NCBI GenBank assembly: GCA_963768055.1
Contig: CAVYGN010000002.1
Span: 1,280,001-1,344,000, forward strand
Source: an uncultured Spirochaetota bacterium
GTDB lineage: Bacteria > Spirochaetota > Brevinematia > Brevinematales > JAOACQ01
Reading direction: 5' to 3'
Length of the DNA stretch: 64,000 nucleotides
Part shown: piece by piece, positions 9,209 to 18,559 of the stretch
Layout of the letters: every line of letters begins with the position of its first letter
Numbering within the stretch: the stretch's first letter is position 1
Position numbers and translations under genes: made by a program
Notes under the pieces: generated by a model
Database searches by the model: none
What the model was told of the DNA's origin: nothing
The model's input: the letters and a program-made list of their open reading frames with translations, nothing else

Positions 9209-10429
9209 ATGTTCTATTTAAAATTAGGTTTTAGAAACCTCTTAAAAAATAAAAGAAGGACATTGTCGACGATGCTGACGATCATCATCGGTATGTCGGC
9301 TCTTATACTGGCAAAGGGATTTATTAATTACAGCTTATGGGGACTCAGGGAGACGATAATTAACGGCGGGATCGGGCACTTCCAGATATTCAAAAAGGGA
9401 TTTTTAAGCCATGGGGATGAAAAACCCTACGATTACCTTATAACAGGCTATAAGAAGATAATAAGGGAGCTTTTCAATATCCCGGGAATGAAGATCGTTA
9501 CGCCAAGATTGAGGTTCCAGGGCATAATGGCAAGCGCCGATAAGAGCGCAATAGTTTTCGGAACTGCCGGCAACCCTGAAGACGAAGCGCAGTTCACAAC
9601 ATTTACAAGCCTCAACGAGGGGAAGAAGTTGAGCGATACCAACCAGTTCGATTTAACAATAGGAAGCGGCCTTGCAAGGAGCATATCGGGCAAAACAGGC
9701 GATCCATGCACAATCATTGTATCCATGAAAGACGGAGGCGTCAATGCGCTTGATTTTAATATTTCAGGTATAGTCCAGAGCCAGATAGCGGAATTGGATG
9801 ACGTATACGCCCTGGCAAACCTGAAAACGATCCAGAATCTTCTCAACATATCTAATTCGATCGATACCCTCGCCGTCATGCTGACTAAAACCGAGGATGT
9901 GGAGAAGGTTGAACCTGCCATCAACAACCTGTGCAATAAATTCGGGCTTGAATACAGGCGATGGGACCAGATCATGCCTTATTATTATGTCGCGAGGGAT
10001 TTTTACACTTCGGCTATGAACGTAGCCATGCTGATCATCTTCGCGATCGTGATCTTCGCCATTGCAAACACGATGAATATGATACTGTTTGAAAGGATCC
10101 GCGAGATCGGCACGATAAGATCCCTGGGCACCACAAGGATAAAGGTGATGAAAATATTTATGTCGGAGAGCGTTTTATTAGGTTTCTTTGGAGGACTACT
10201 CGGCGTCATTGCAGGGGTGATCCTGGCCCAGATAGTTAATTCGTCTGGCGGGATCCCTATCCCCCCTCCGCCGGGCAATTCCAGGGGATACACGGCCTTT
10301 ATCCATCCGGACTTCCTGGGCTGTTTATTTTATTTTGTTTTGTTCCTGGGGGTATCGGCAATTGCGGTAACTTACCCGGCGTTAAAGGCGGCCAGGATGG
10401 TAATCTCCGACGCCCTTCGCTGGATATAA
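9209..10429 (+). CDS. ABC permease, FtsX/LolE-MacB family (paralog 2)
   Basis: ERIREIGTIRSLG, GGIPIPPPPG, ends DALRWI like paralog 1. Confidence 0.92.
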   Translation: MFYLKLGFRNLLKNKRRTLSTMLTIIIGMSALILAKGFINYSLWGLRETIINGGIGHFQIFKKGFLSHGDEKPYDYLITGYKKIIRELFNIPGMKIVTPRLRFQGIMASADKSAIVFGTAGNPEDEAQFTTFTSLNEGKKLSDTNQFDLTIGSGLARSISGKTGDPCTIIVSMKDGGVNALDFNISGIVQSQIAELDDVYALANLKTIQNLLNISNSIDTLAVMLTKTEDVEKVEPAINNLCNKFGLEYRRWDQIMPYYYVARDFYTSAMNVAMLIIFAIVIFAIANTMNMILFERIREIGTIRSLGTTRIKVMKIFMSESVLLGFFGGLLGVIAGVILAQIVNSSGGIPIPPPPGNSRGYTAFIHPDFLGCLFYFVLFLGVSAIAVTYPALKAARMVISDALRWI

Positions 10430-10451
10430 TAGAAAAAGGAGGCAAATCTAT

Positions 10452-11195
10452 ATGAAGAAAACTATTATTGCCCTTGTTTTCGGGCTTTTTTCGGTCTGCT
10501 CAGGGTATTCGATCACAGCCGATGAAATTCTGCGGAATACCGATGAAACCCGTTCTATAGCTACTAACTTCATAATGACCGACTATATGGAGGACTACCG
10601 CAAGGGGAAGTTATCGGACAAATCGATGTTAAAGGGTTATATAAAGGGGATGGATAAATCCATGGTCATATTTACCGAACCCTCTAATATGAAGGGCAGG
10701 AAAATACTCATGGTGAAAGACGATATGTGGGTATTTATTCCAGACACGAAAAAGCCGGTCCGGACAACTGCTTCCCAGAGGCTTCTCGGCCAGCTTTCGA
10801 ACGGGGATGTTCTCAATGTCAGATTTTCCTATGATTACAGCGCTGTCCTTGAAAAAGAGGAATCCATAGCGGATATAAATTCGGAGAATAGAACATGCTA
10901 TAAACTGGACCTGACGGCCAAGCGGCCGGGAGCCGCATATCACACCCTGACATTATGGGTGGAAAAGGAAACTTTTTATCCTGTTAAAGCCGAATTTTTT
11001 GCTTTGAGCGGAAAAAAGATGAAAACCTCTTTTTACAGCGGCCTGAAGGTAATTGCAGGCAGAAATGTCATAACCAAAACCTCCATTTACGATGAAATAA
11101 TCAAGGATAATTACACAACAAGCGAATTTTTAGACCTTAAAGCCGCGGAAGTGGAAGACAGGTACTTCAACAAGGAATACCTGCAGAGGATGTAA
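10452..11195 (+). CDS. LolA-like 'outer membrane lipoprotein-sorting' protein
   Basis: Signal peptide; F.EP..MKGRKILM..DDMWVFIP..KKPVR....RLLG..SNGD and CYKLDLTAK motifs of the LolA-like family. Confidence 0.88.
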   Translation: MKKTIIALVFGLFSVCSGYSITADEILRNTDETRSIATNFIMTDYMEDYRKGKLSDKSMLKGYIKGMDKSMVIFTEPSNMKGRKILMVKDDMWVFIPDTKKPVRTTASQRLLGQLSNGDVLNVRFSYDYSAVLEKEESIADINSENRTCYKLDLTAKRPGAAYHTLTLWVEKETFYPVKAEFFALSGKKMKTSFYSGLKVIAGRNVITKTSIYDEIIKDNYTTSEFLDLKAAEVEDRYFNKEYLQRM

Positions 11196-11226
11196 ATCCT
11201 GGTAGAGATGTAAATAAGGAGATTAT

Positions 11227-12564
11227 ATGAGGATCGCGCTTTTAACGTTATTTATGGTAACAGCCGCTGCAGCGGTTTTCCGTGGAGAAACGAACGGTTC
11301 CGGGGAAACGAACAATTCCGAGATCACATACAGCGCGAAGATATATAATACGGAGACCTTTTCATCCGTTAAAACTGTCCTTAACCCTGACGGGGTTCTT
11401 AATAATTACAGCAGCTTTCTTGCGGGCGGCCTTTCAGGGGAGGTCAAATACTATCTGGATTTCAGATGGAAATCGGACCCTTTTTCGTTCCAAGCCTCGG
11501 ATATAGGTTATCTTGATGCGGTTACGAATTCCGCTTTCACCAACCTCATGACCGAGGATTACCTTTCATTTAATTTCTGGGAAATTTTCCTGGACGCGGG
11601 CAAGAAAAAGATAACACAAAGCGTGTGTTTTCTCACCACACCCATCGATTTTGCGATTAACGGTTTCAACGATATTTCAAAGAATAAAAGCTACAACCTG
11701 CAATTTTCAGAAGGTAAATACATGGCCAACGCGGACTGGTTTTCAGATTTCGGGGTTATCGGGTTAAGTTATATGCCTGAGTTAGATTTTGCAACTAACG
11801 CTCAGCAGTATTTTTCAAGCTCCCAGATAGAACAGGAGGAATTCCGTTATACGGTCAATATATCGGGCGCAGATATGGGTTTAGCCCTTTCCCATGACAG
11901 CAACTGGCGCGCCGGGGCGAATTTCTCCGCAACGATCGGCGATTATGTCGAAGTCCATGCCGAGTGCGCCTACCTTGAATATATCCCGAGGTTCGGCCTT
12001 GGCACCAATATGACAGCTACCGGCTTCGACCCGGCGAGCATGCAGCCCATATATTCCCCTGAACTGACAATTACCCGGGAGAACGTCAGCAATGTTTACC
12101 AGATCATAGTGGGGGGGACTTACAACGGCGAGTATTTTTCATTGTATGTCGAGTATTATTACAATATGGCAGGGTACAATTACGCCCAATGGTCTAGCAT
12201 CAGGCAATCGATGAGAGACTTCAGGTCGGATTACTATAACAATTCTTCAGGGGTGCTCAATGCGGCGAATCTCGGCACCTTGATGAGTTTTATGGGAACT
12301 AATTCTTTTCTCGATGTCTGCCAGGATTACGCCATGATAAGGGTGACCACTCCGTCGGCTTCAACCGAGAAACTGGGGCTTGCATGGACCACCCTTGTGA
12401 ACCTCGAAGATTTAAGCGGGATGGAAATATTTTCAGCCTCTTACAGCTGGGACAATCTCTCATTGACCGGCCAATTCACATTTGATTTCGGGGACGATTA
12501 TTCCGAATTTAAACTATTGGGACAGGATTGGACCGCCGGCGTTGAAATTGAAATTGGAATTTAA
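11227..12564 (+). CDS. Putative outer-membrane beta-barrel protein
   Basis: Signal peptide, aromatic/Gly/Asn-rich amphipathic strands, EYYYN.AGY motif, terminal strand WTAGVEIEIGI; position after LolA-like gene. Confidence 0.65.
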   Translation: MRIALLTLFMVTAAAAVFRGETNGSGETNNSEITYSAKIYNTETFSSVKTVLNPDGVLNNYSSFLAGGLSGEVKYYLDFRWKSDPFSFQASDIGYLDAVTNSAFTNLMTEDYLSFNFWEIFLDAGKKKITQSVCFLTTPIDFAINGFNDISKNKSYNLQFSEGKYMANADWFSDFGVIGLSYMPELDFATNAQQYFSSSQIEQEEFRYTVNISGADMGLALSHDSNWRAGANFSATIGDYVEVHAECAYLEYIPRFGLGTNMTATGFDPASMQPIYSPELTITRENVSNVYQIIVGGTYNGEYFSLYVEYYYNMAGYNYAQWSSIRQSMRDFRSDYYNNSSGVLNAANLGTLMSFMGTNSFLDVCQDYAMIRVTTPSASTEKLGLAWTTLVNLEDLSGMEIFSASYSWDNLSLTGQFTFDFGDDYSEFKLLGQDWTAGVEIEIGI

Positions 12565-12590
12565 ATATCTCAAAGACTCTTATAAAAGAT

Positions 12591-12666
12591 AAGATAATTT
12601 TTTATCGCGCTGAATTTTGAAAGCGCTTGTGCCCGAAGGATATGTGCCCTAACGGTTCAAAACAAC
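12591..12666. repeat. Partial third copy of the long hairpin element
   Basis: aattttttatcgcgc...agcgcttgtgcccgaaggatat matches reverse complement of ~2513-2560; ttcaaaacaa terminal motif at 12656. Confidence 0.6.
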
Positions 12667-12698
12667 TGTCCTGCCCCTGAATCGGAGGAAAGTTTTTA

Positions 12699-14069
12699 AT
12701 GTCTCTGCGCACTTTTCTCGCTAAAGTCGATAATAAGGACATCAGGCGGGGGTTATATTTTTCCAACCTTGACGGCATAGTCTGGGCTGTGATGTTCGGG
12801 CTCGCGGAGAATTTTATCGTACCTTTCGCGCTGCTGTTCGGCGCTTCTGTCCTCCAGGTCAGCCTGATAACGGGGTTCGGGCAGCTCGGGGTAGGGATCT
12901 CACAGCTGGCCGGGGCGAGGTTCGTAAACTGGCTGAAAAAGAGAAAAATATTATCGACTGTCTGTGAAATTATCCATGCCCTGTCATGGCTGTTAATGTT
13001 CATCTTCACTGCTCTCACAGGGAATCCCTGGTTCGTAGTCGTTTTCTACACCATAGGGCTTACCGTAAACAATTTTGCAGGGCCGGGCTGGCTTTCCTGG
13101 ATGCACGACCTGATGCCTAAAAAAGTAAGGGGCGAATACTGGGGTATCCGCAACCGCTACATGGGCGTGGCTCAATTAATATCGATTACAGCGGCCGGGA
13201 CGGCTCTTTTTATAGCCAGGAGAAATAATTTCGAAGAGCTGGCGTTCGGTTTCCTGCTGGTTGCGGGTTTCGCCTTCAGGTTTTCAGGGGTCTTTTTTCT
13301 TCAAAGGCAATATGAACCCCGGATGAAAGTCACAGAGGAAAGCCATACTTTTAAATTCCATGTATTTTTAACGAAGCTGTTCACGACCAATTTCGGGCGT
13401 TTTGTATTCTTCAGTATAATGCTCACTTTTTCTTCGAACCTGGTGGGGCCGGTCCTGCCCGTTTATTTCCTCCAGAGCGTGCGGCTGAATTATCTCCAGT
13501 TTACTGCCGTGATGATGGCTGGTGCGATAAGTTCCTTCGTTTTCATGACTTACTGGGGCCCATTATCGGATAAATACGGGAATTACAGGGTTCTGATAAT
13601 ATCATCTCTCGCCCTTCCCCTCATAGGTTTCGGATGGGCATTTATCAAGGACTTCTACCTGATGATCCTGCTGCAGATCTTCAGCGGTTTCGTATGGGCG
13701 GGGGTAAACCTCGCGACAAACAATTTTATATTCGACGCAGTAAGAAAGGAAAACATGCCCAAGATCATGTCATATTTCAATATGCTCAATACCTTCTGCA
13801 TTTTCCTCGGGGCCCTGACTGGCGGCGCTTTGATCGAATTCCTTCTCAAATATAAATTCTCTTTCGGTATTTTCAACAGCTTTACGATCATATTTCTTTT
13901 TTCGGCACTGCTGCGGATAGTCGTTATCGCGGTCTGGCGCGGCAGCTTCAAAGAAGTAAGGGATACGGAAAAGTCGCCGAGGTTCCACTATTTCTTTATC
14001 TATAAACCCGCCCTTGAAATGCTCGATTTCATACAGGAAACGAGCGAAAGGATATTCCGGAGAAAGTGA
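12699..14069 (+). CDS. MFS transporter
   Basis: ~12 TM segments; WGPLSDKYGN motif A variant. Confidence 0.9.
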   Translation: MSLRTFLAKVDNKDIRRGLYFSNLDGIVWAVMFGLAENFIVPFALLFGASVLQVSLITGFGQLGVGISQLAGARFVNWLKKRKILSTVCEIIHALSWLLMFIFTALTGNPWFVVVFYTIGLTVNNFAGPGWLSWMHDLMPKKVRGEYWGIRNRYMGVAQLISITAAGTALFIARRNNFEELAFGFLLVAGFAFRFSGVFFLQRQYEPRMKVTEESHTFKFHVFLTKLFTTNFGRFVFFSIMLTFSSNLVGPVLPVYFLQSVRLNYLQFTAVMMAGAISSFVFMTYWGPLSDKYGNYRVLIISSLALPLIGFGWAFIKDFYLMILLQIFSGFVWAGVNLATNNFIFDAVRKENMPKIMSYFNMLNTFCIFLGALTGGALIEFLLKYKFSFGIFNSFTIIFLFSALLRIVVIAVWRGSFKEVRDTEKSPRFHYFFIYKPALEMLDFIQETSERIFRRK

Positions 14070-14075
14070 CGGGTA

Positions 14076-15378
14076 GGAACCACAGATTTCACAGATTGCA
14101 CGGATGGATTGGGATGAATGGGGGTTCACCGAAAAGATGCAAAGGTACGCAGAGAGGGAAAAATCCGCAGATGGATGGGGAATCTTCCGCGAAGCCACGC
14201 GAAGGGACATTAAGATTTTAGGATAAAATTAAGCTTTCAGCCGATTTAAAAATTTCATATTAGATATTCTTAGGAAGTTGCAAGTTAAATCTTTCAAACC
14301 TAACCCCATCACTACTTATAACACTTTCTATAATCTCTTTACCTTCATCATCTTCTCGCGTTATTTCAAATCTTTGCTTTAAATCTGTTAATTTCTCTCT
14401 TTCTTCAATGGGTTTAGATATTAATTCAATTATTCTATTGTTTAATAATAATTCTGGGAAATCTTGTCTACCATATTCAATAATGTTATTATTATAAACA
14501 TTATTATTAAAATAGCTAGAAAGATGTGATGACATAAAATCAAGTAATTTGTGTTCAATAGCTTCTATAATTAATTTTCCAGAGCTATTTAATGGTTTTG
14601 ATGGCTTATTTTGTTCGATCGGTTCTTTTTTCCAAGCTTTTAATAAAGCTTTATTTTCAATAAAAGTGGAAGTTAAAGTTTATATATAAGCCATTCACAA
14701 AATCATAATTAGGGATATTGATTAATTTTTTATTTGTTTCATCATAAATAAAAAAACAATCAAAATTTTCGGAATAATTTAAACTTTTTAATTTTTTTAT
14801 CGAAATGTATAATAAAGAAAATGAACATAATAAAATACCAATAATTAACAATTTTATATTATTTTGATAAAAAAATAAATAATTTGAAATAGTGCTGGTT
14901 CCTAATGCTAAAAGAAAAGCGATAAAGTAAATTTCAAATAAAAGTCCTCTTTGTGTTAAAAATTGTTCAACAACTTTTTTGTTATTAAAACCATCTTTAC
15001 TCAAAGTATTTATCCTTAATTATCAAAAATTCTTAGACATTATAATATAATATTTTGTTTTTGTAAATGCTTAATGAATAATAAAATCGGATATTTCCCA
15101 GTGATTATTTTAAGGGTTTACAGAAAAATTTTAGATAAAGTGTAAATAATTTGATGGTCATTAAAATAATGCGGATTTAACAAATTCCTAAGAAATGGAA
15201 AGCATGGATAGGCTATTTATCAGTGAAATCAATTTCTAATTATCGTATTATATCTTAAGAATGTTATTCGCATGCCTTCGCGGAAAACCATCCCCAAAAA
15301 GAAATGAATGAAAACGTAAGATTCACAACTTACAAAAATTAATGTAAAATCTGCGTAATCTGCGAAATCTGTGGTTCC
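14076..15378. mobile_element. Putative IR-bounded AT-rich gene cassette
   Basis: Outer IR 14076-14105/15349-15378 (26/30 match), inner IR 14185-14203/15267-15285 (17/19 match), strongly AT-rich interior. Confidence 0.55.
14260..15004 (-). pseudogene. AT-rich hypothetical membrane-anchored protein split by a +1 frameshift
   Basis: ORFs 14657-15004 and 14260-14535 join if one base is removed near 14677 (...NLTSTFIENKALLKAWKKEP...LLDFMSSHL...). Confidence 0.6.
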
Positions 15379-15394
15379 AGTCCTCCCCCGTCTA

Positions 15395-16372
15395 TTACCT
15401 CAATCCCCTAATCGCCTTTATCCTCTCCTTCATCAGCATATCGATATCCGCTGACGTCTTGGGGTCCATCTCCCAGTCGGCGGCATGGTAGGTTTCGGCT
15501 ATCTGCTCCGGACGGCGCGCGCCGACAATTGCGGCAGTAAGTTCAGGCCGTCGAAGGACCCATGCTATTGCAAGCTGTGAAACGGTCCTTCCGGCTTGTC
15601 CGGCTATACGGGAAAGTTTTTTCACATAATCAAGGTTTATCGAAAGTTCGGGCTCCTGAAAATGGCTGTCATACCGCCTGTGATCGTCGGGAGGCAGCCC
15701 TTCCATACGTTCGCGCGTGAAGCCTCCTGTTAAAAGCCCCTTATACATCGGGCTGTAAGATATCACCCCTATCTTGTTTTTATAGCAATAGCCTAAAATT
15801 TCATTTTCTATTTCCGGGGAGATCATGCTGTATGGAGGCTGGAGGCTGGTCACGGGGTAAAGTTTTTCTGCCCTTTCAATCTGGTAAGTGTTGAAATTCG
15901 ATAATCCTCCATACCTGACTTTCCCTTCTTTAATAAGCTCGTCGATTGCCAGCCAACCCTCTTCTATTTCATAATCCGGTTCAGGCCAATGTATCTGATA
16001 CAGGTCGATAGCTTCTATTCCGAGGCGTTTAAGGCTCGATTCCGCTTCTCTTTTGATGCTGTTTTTTTTCATGCTTCCGCTGATATTTCCATCTTTATCC
16101 CATACCCTTTCGCATTTTGTGGCTATCAGGGGCTTTTCCTTCATTCCCTTTATAGCCTTTCCGACCATTTCCTCCGAGTGTCCCAGGCCGTAAACTGCCG
16201 CCGTGTCTATCCAGTTGATCCCCACTTCAAGGGCTTTGAATATTGTCTGAACGGACAATTCGTCATCCTGCGGGCCCCAGGAAAACCGCCAATTACCGCC
16301 GCCGATAGCCCATGTCCCGAGGCCGATAATGCTTATCTCCAGAGCGCTCCGGCCAAGTTTTCTCTTTTTCAT
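15395..16372 (-). CDS. Aldo/keto reductase
   Basis: IGLGTWAIGG, IDTAAVYG.GHSE, IDLYQIHWP, SLQPPYS, QLAIAWVL; start after GGAGG. Confidence 0.95.
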   Translation of the reverse strand: MKKRKLGRSALEISIIGLGTWAIGGGNWRFSWGPQDDELSVQTIFKALEVGINWIDTAAVYGLGHSEEMVGKAIKGMKEKPLIATKCERVWDKDGNISGSMKKNSIKREAESSLKRLGIEAIDLYQIHWPEPDYEIEEGWLAIDELIKEGKVRYGGLSNFNTYQIERAEKLYPVTSLQPPYSMISPEIENEILGYCYKNKIGVISYSPMYKGLLTGGFTRERMEGLPPDDHRRYDSHFQEPELSINLDYVKKLSRIAGQAGRTVSQLAIAWVLRRPELTAAIVGARRPEQIAETYHAADWEMDPKTSADIDMLMKERIKAIRGLR

Positions 16373-16506
16373 CGGATCCTCCATTTATATAATATTTATA
16401 AAATAATAAAAATTTTAGAAATCGGGTAAAGAAAGAAGTCAAATGCATCTTTTCCCCTCAGCCTGCACTTAAGCTAAGTATAAATTTAAGCACTTGGAGG
16501 TGCGTT

Positions 16507-17091
16507 ATGAACAGGTTTTCTACATATCTGCTGAGCATTGCAGCTTTGCTTGTCGCAAGTTCTGCAGGCTTTTCACAGATGTCCGATATGGGGCTTGACG
16601 GAGGCCATTTCGGGCCTGGAATGATGGATGGGCGCTCTTTTCATCATGAAATGATGTCCCCTGGATTACATGCCATTATCCGCGAACTGCATCTTGAAAC
16701 AACCCTTGAAACTTTCCATGTCAACGTGGAAAAGATAAGGATCGATGCGGCTGAAAAAAAGATCCCGCTTAAGGAAAAAGCCAGGATTTCCATGAGCAAC
16801 TTAAAGAATCTTGTTAAAAAATATGCGAAAGACAAGACGGTATCCAAGGACATCGTACAGGCTTTGAAGGATTTGAACGGGGCGAGGATCGCGATACGCC
16901 AGATCGACAAGGACACCTTTACCAAGATCCGCGCGTTAAAGGACGGCCTTGATAGCGATATAGATAAGGCTGTAGACTCGTATATTCAGAAACTATCGGC
17001 AGGCGGAGCCGAGCTTGACGATCTTGCCAAGGACTTGGCGAGGGATAGAGCCTACGAAGAAATAAACGTCCCTATGGAGATGGAAAAATAA
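16507..17091 (+). CDS. Secreted helical protein with Met/His/Gly-rich N-terminus (Spy/CpxP-like architecture)
   Basis: Signal peptide then MSDMGLDGGHFGPGMMDGRSFHHEMM followed by coiled-coil sequence. Confidence 0.6.
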   Translation: MNRFSTYLLSIAALLVASSAGFSQMSDMGLDGGHFGPGMMDGRSFHHEMMSPGLHAIIRELHLETTLETFHVNVEKIRIDAAEKKIPLKEKARISMSNLKNLVKKYAKDKTVSKDIVQALKDLNGARIAIRQIDKDTFTKIRALKDGLDSDIDKAVDSYIQKLSAGGAELDDLAKDLARDRAYEEINVPMEMEK

Positions 17092-17105
17092 TAATCTTAC
17101 CCCCA

Positions 17106-17139
17106 AACCCCGCCCCTCTTGAAGGAGCGGGTTTTTTTT
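17106..17139 (+). terminator. Rho-independent terminator
   Basis: GC-rich stem (ccgccc...gagcgg) followed by a T run, just after the stop codon. Confidence 0.75.
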
Positions 17140-17236
17140 GTAAAATTTATATGGAGAATTCTATTGACAAATTTATTATAAAATAGTAACTTAAAGCCAT
17201 GAAATAGTCTGGAAGGATTATGAGCGGAGGGTTATA

Positions 17237-17755
17237 ATGATAGATCAATTTTTCCAGTTCCTTGCGAAAATGGGGTTCGGCGACCCCCTTCATCCTCCTA
17301 TCACGCACATGCCGATAGGCCTGACAGTAGGCGCTCTCGTCTTTTTCCTTTCAGCCTTTTTTTTCAAACAGAAACATTACATTCTTACAGCCCGGCATAT
17401 ATCGATTCTGGCATTTATTTTCGCTTTTCCAACTATATTGCTCGGCGTTATCGATTGGATCCATTTTTACCATGCGGCTTTATTCCTGCCTATAAAGATT
17501 AAAATTGTCCTTGCATCCATTCTGCTTATAGTTCTAGGTACTGGTATAATTCTCGGCAGTGAAATTAAAGTCCATTCGATGACAATGGCTATTCTTTATA
17601 TAATAGCGTTCTTCTGCGTATTCGGACTCGGTTATTTCGGAACATCGATCATCTACGGGCGGGGCCTTTTAGAGAAATCCAGCGCTGTTACCAATGTTTC
17701 GCCCGCGCATGATATTGCAAAAGAACCGGAAGGGCACAGGATTTTATTAAAATAG
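17237..17755 (+). CDS. DUF2231-like membrane protein
   Basis: PLHPPITHMPIGL N-terminal motif, 4 TM helices, GYFG..IIYG. Confidence 0.7.
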   Translation: MIDQFFQFLAKMGFGDPLHPPITHMPIGLTVGALVFFLSAFFFKQKHYILTARHISILAFIFAFPTILLGVIDWIHFYHAALFLPIKIKIVLASILLIVLGTGIILGSEIKVHSMTMAILYIIAFFCVFGLGYFGTSIIYGRGLLEKSSAVTNVSPAHDIAKEPEGHRILLK

Positions 17756-17773
17756 AAGATTGAGGAGGCGGCT

Positions 17774-18559
17774 ATGATTTTAAGGTCCCTGCTTTTCTTA
17801 ACAATCATCTCGGGCTGCTGCAATATCATATTCGCCCACGAAGAAGAAACAAACGGTAATGTCGGTTTTGAAGAAAAGGCGGGCGCATTTATACCCCTGG
17901 ACATTCCCTTTGTTGATGAAACCGGAGCCGGGGTAAAACTCGGGGACGTTGTCAGGGGGCCGACAATCCTTTCATTCGTTTATTATAAATGCCCGAATGC
18001 TTGCGATTTCCTGCTTTCCGGCATGGCCGGCGCATTGAGGCCGTTTACCGATAAACCCGGTTCGGAGCCAAACCTTGTAACGATAACGATCGACGATCGC
18101 GAAACCATATCGGACGCGCTAAGATCGAAGAAAATCGCGTTCGAATCCATACAGAAGCCGTATCCGGAAGATAAATGGCATTTTCTGACCGGCAGTGCTC
18201 AGAGCATAAGGGAGGCCACTGATGCGGCGGGATTTCGTTATGCCAGGCAGGGCGACGAATTCGATCATCCGATCGGCATTATAATAATTTCGCCGAAGGG
18301 CAAAATAGTGCGTTATATTATCGGAACAGAGATATTGCCTATGGACCTTGCGATATCCCTGATGGAAGCGTCGAGCGGAACCGTCAGCCCGACGGTCGCA
18401 AGGGTTATCCGCTTCTGTTTCAGCTATAATCCGAAAAGCCATCAGTATGTCTTCAATATCCTTCAGGTAAGCGGTACTACGATCTTTGCAATCATAGGCT
18501 GTTTTGCGCTATACCTGGCCGTATCAGGCAGGAAAAAACGGAAAGCTGAGGTTAAATAA
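17774..18559 (+). CDS. SCO1/SenC copper chaperone
   Basis: CPNAC motif, WHFLTG, FDHP. Confidence 0.92.
   Translation: MILRSLLFLTIISGCCNIIFAHEEETNGNVGFEEKAGAFIPLDIPFVDETGAGVKLGDVVRGPTILSFVYYKCPNACDFLLSGMAGALRPFTDKPGSEPNLVTITIDDRETISDALRSKKIAFESIQKPYPEDKWHFLTGSAQSIREATDAAGFRYARQGDEFDHPIGIIIISPKGKIVRYIIGTEILPMDLAISLMEASSGTVSPTVARVIRFCFSYNPKSHQYVFNILQVSGTTIFAIIGCFALYLAVSGRKKRKAEVK

Noticed and set aside
13770..14210. 146-aa - strand ORF spanning the MFS end and repeats
   Set aside because: Created by antisense and repeat sequence (IRAICEICG is the translated repeat)
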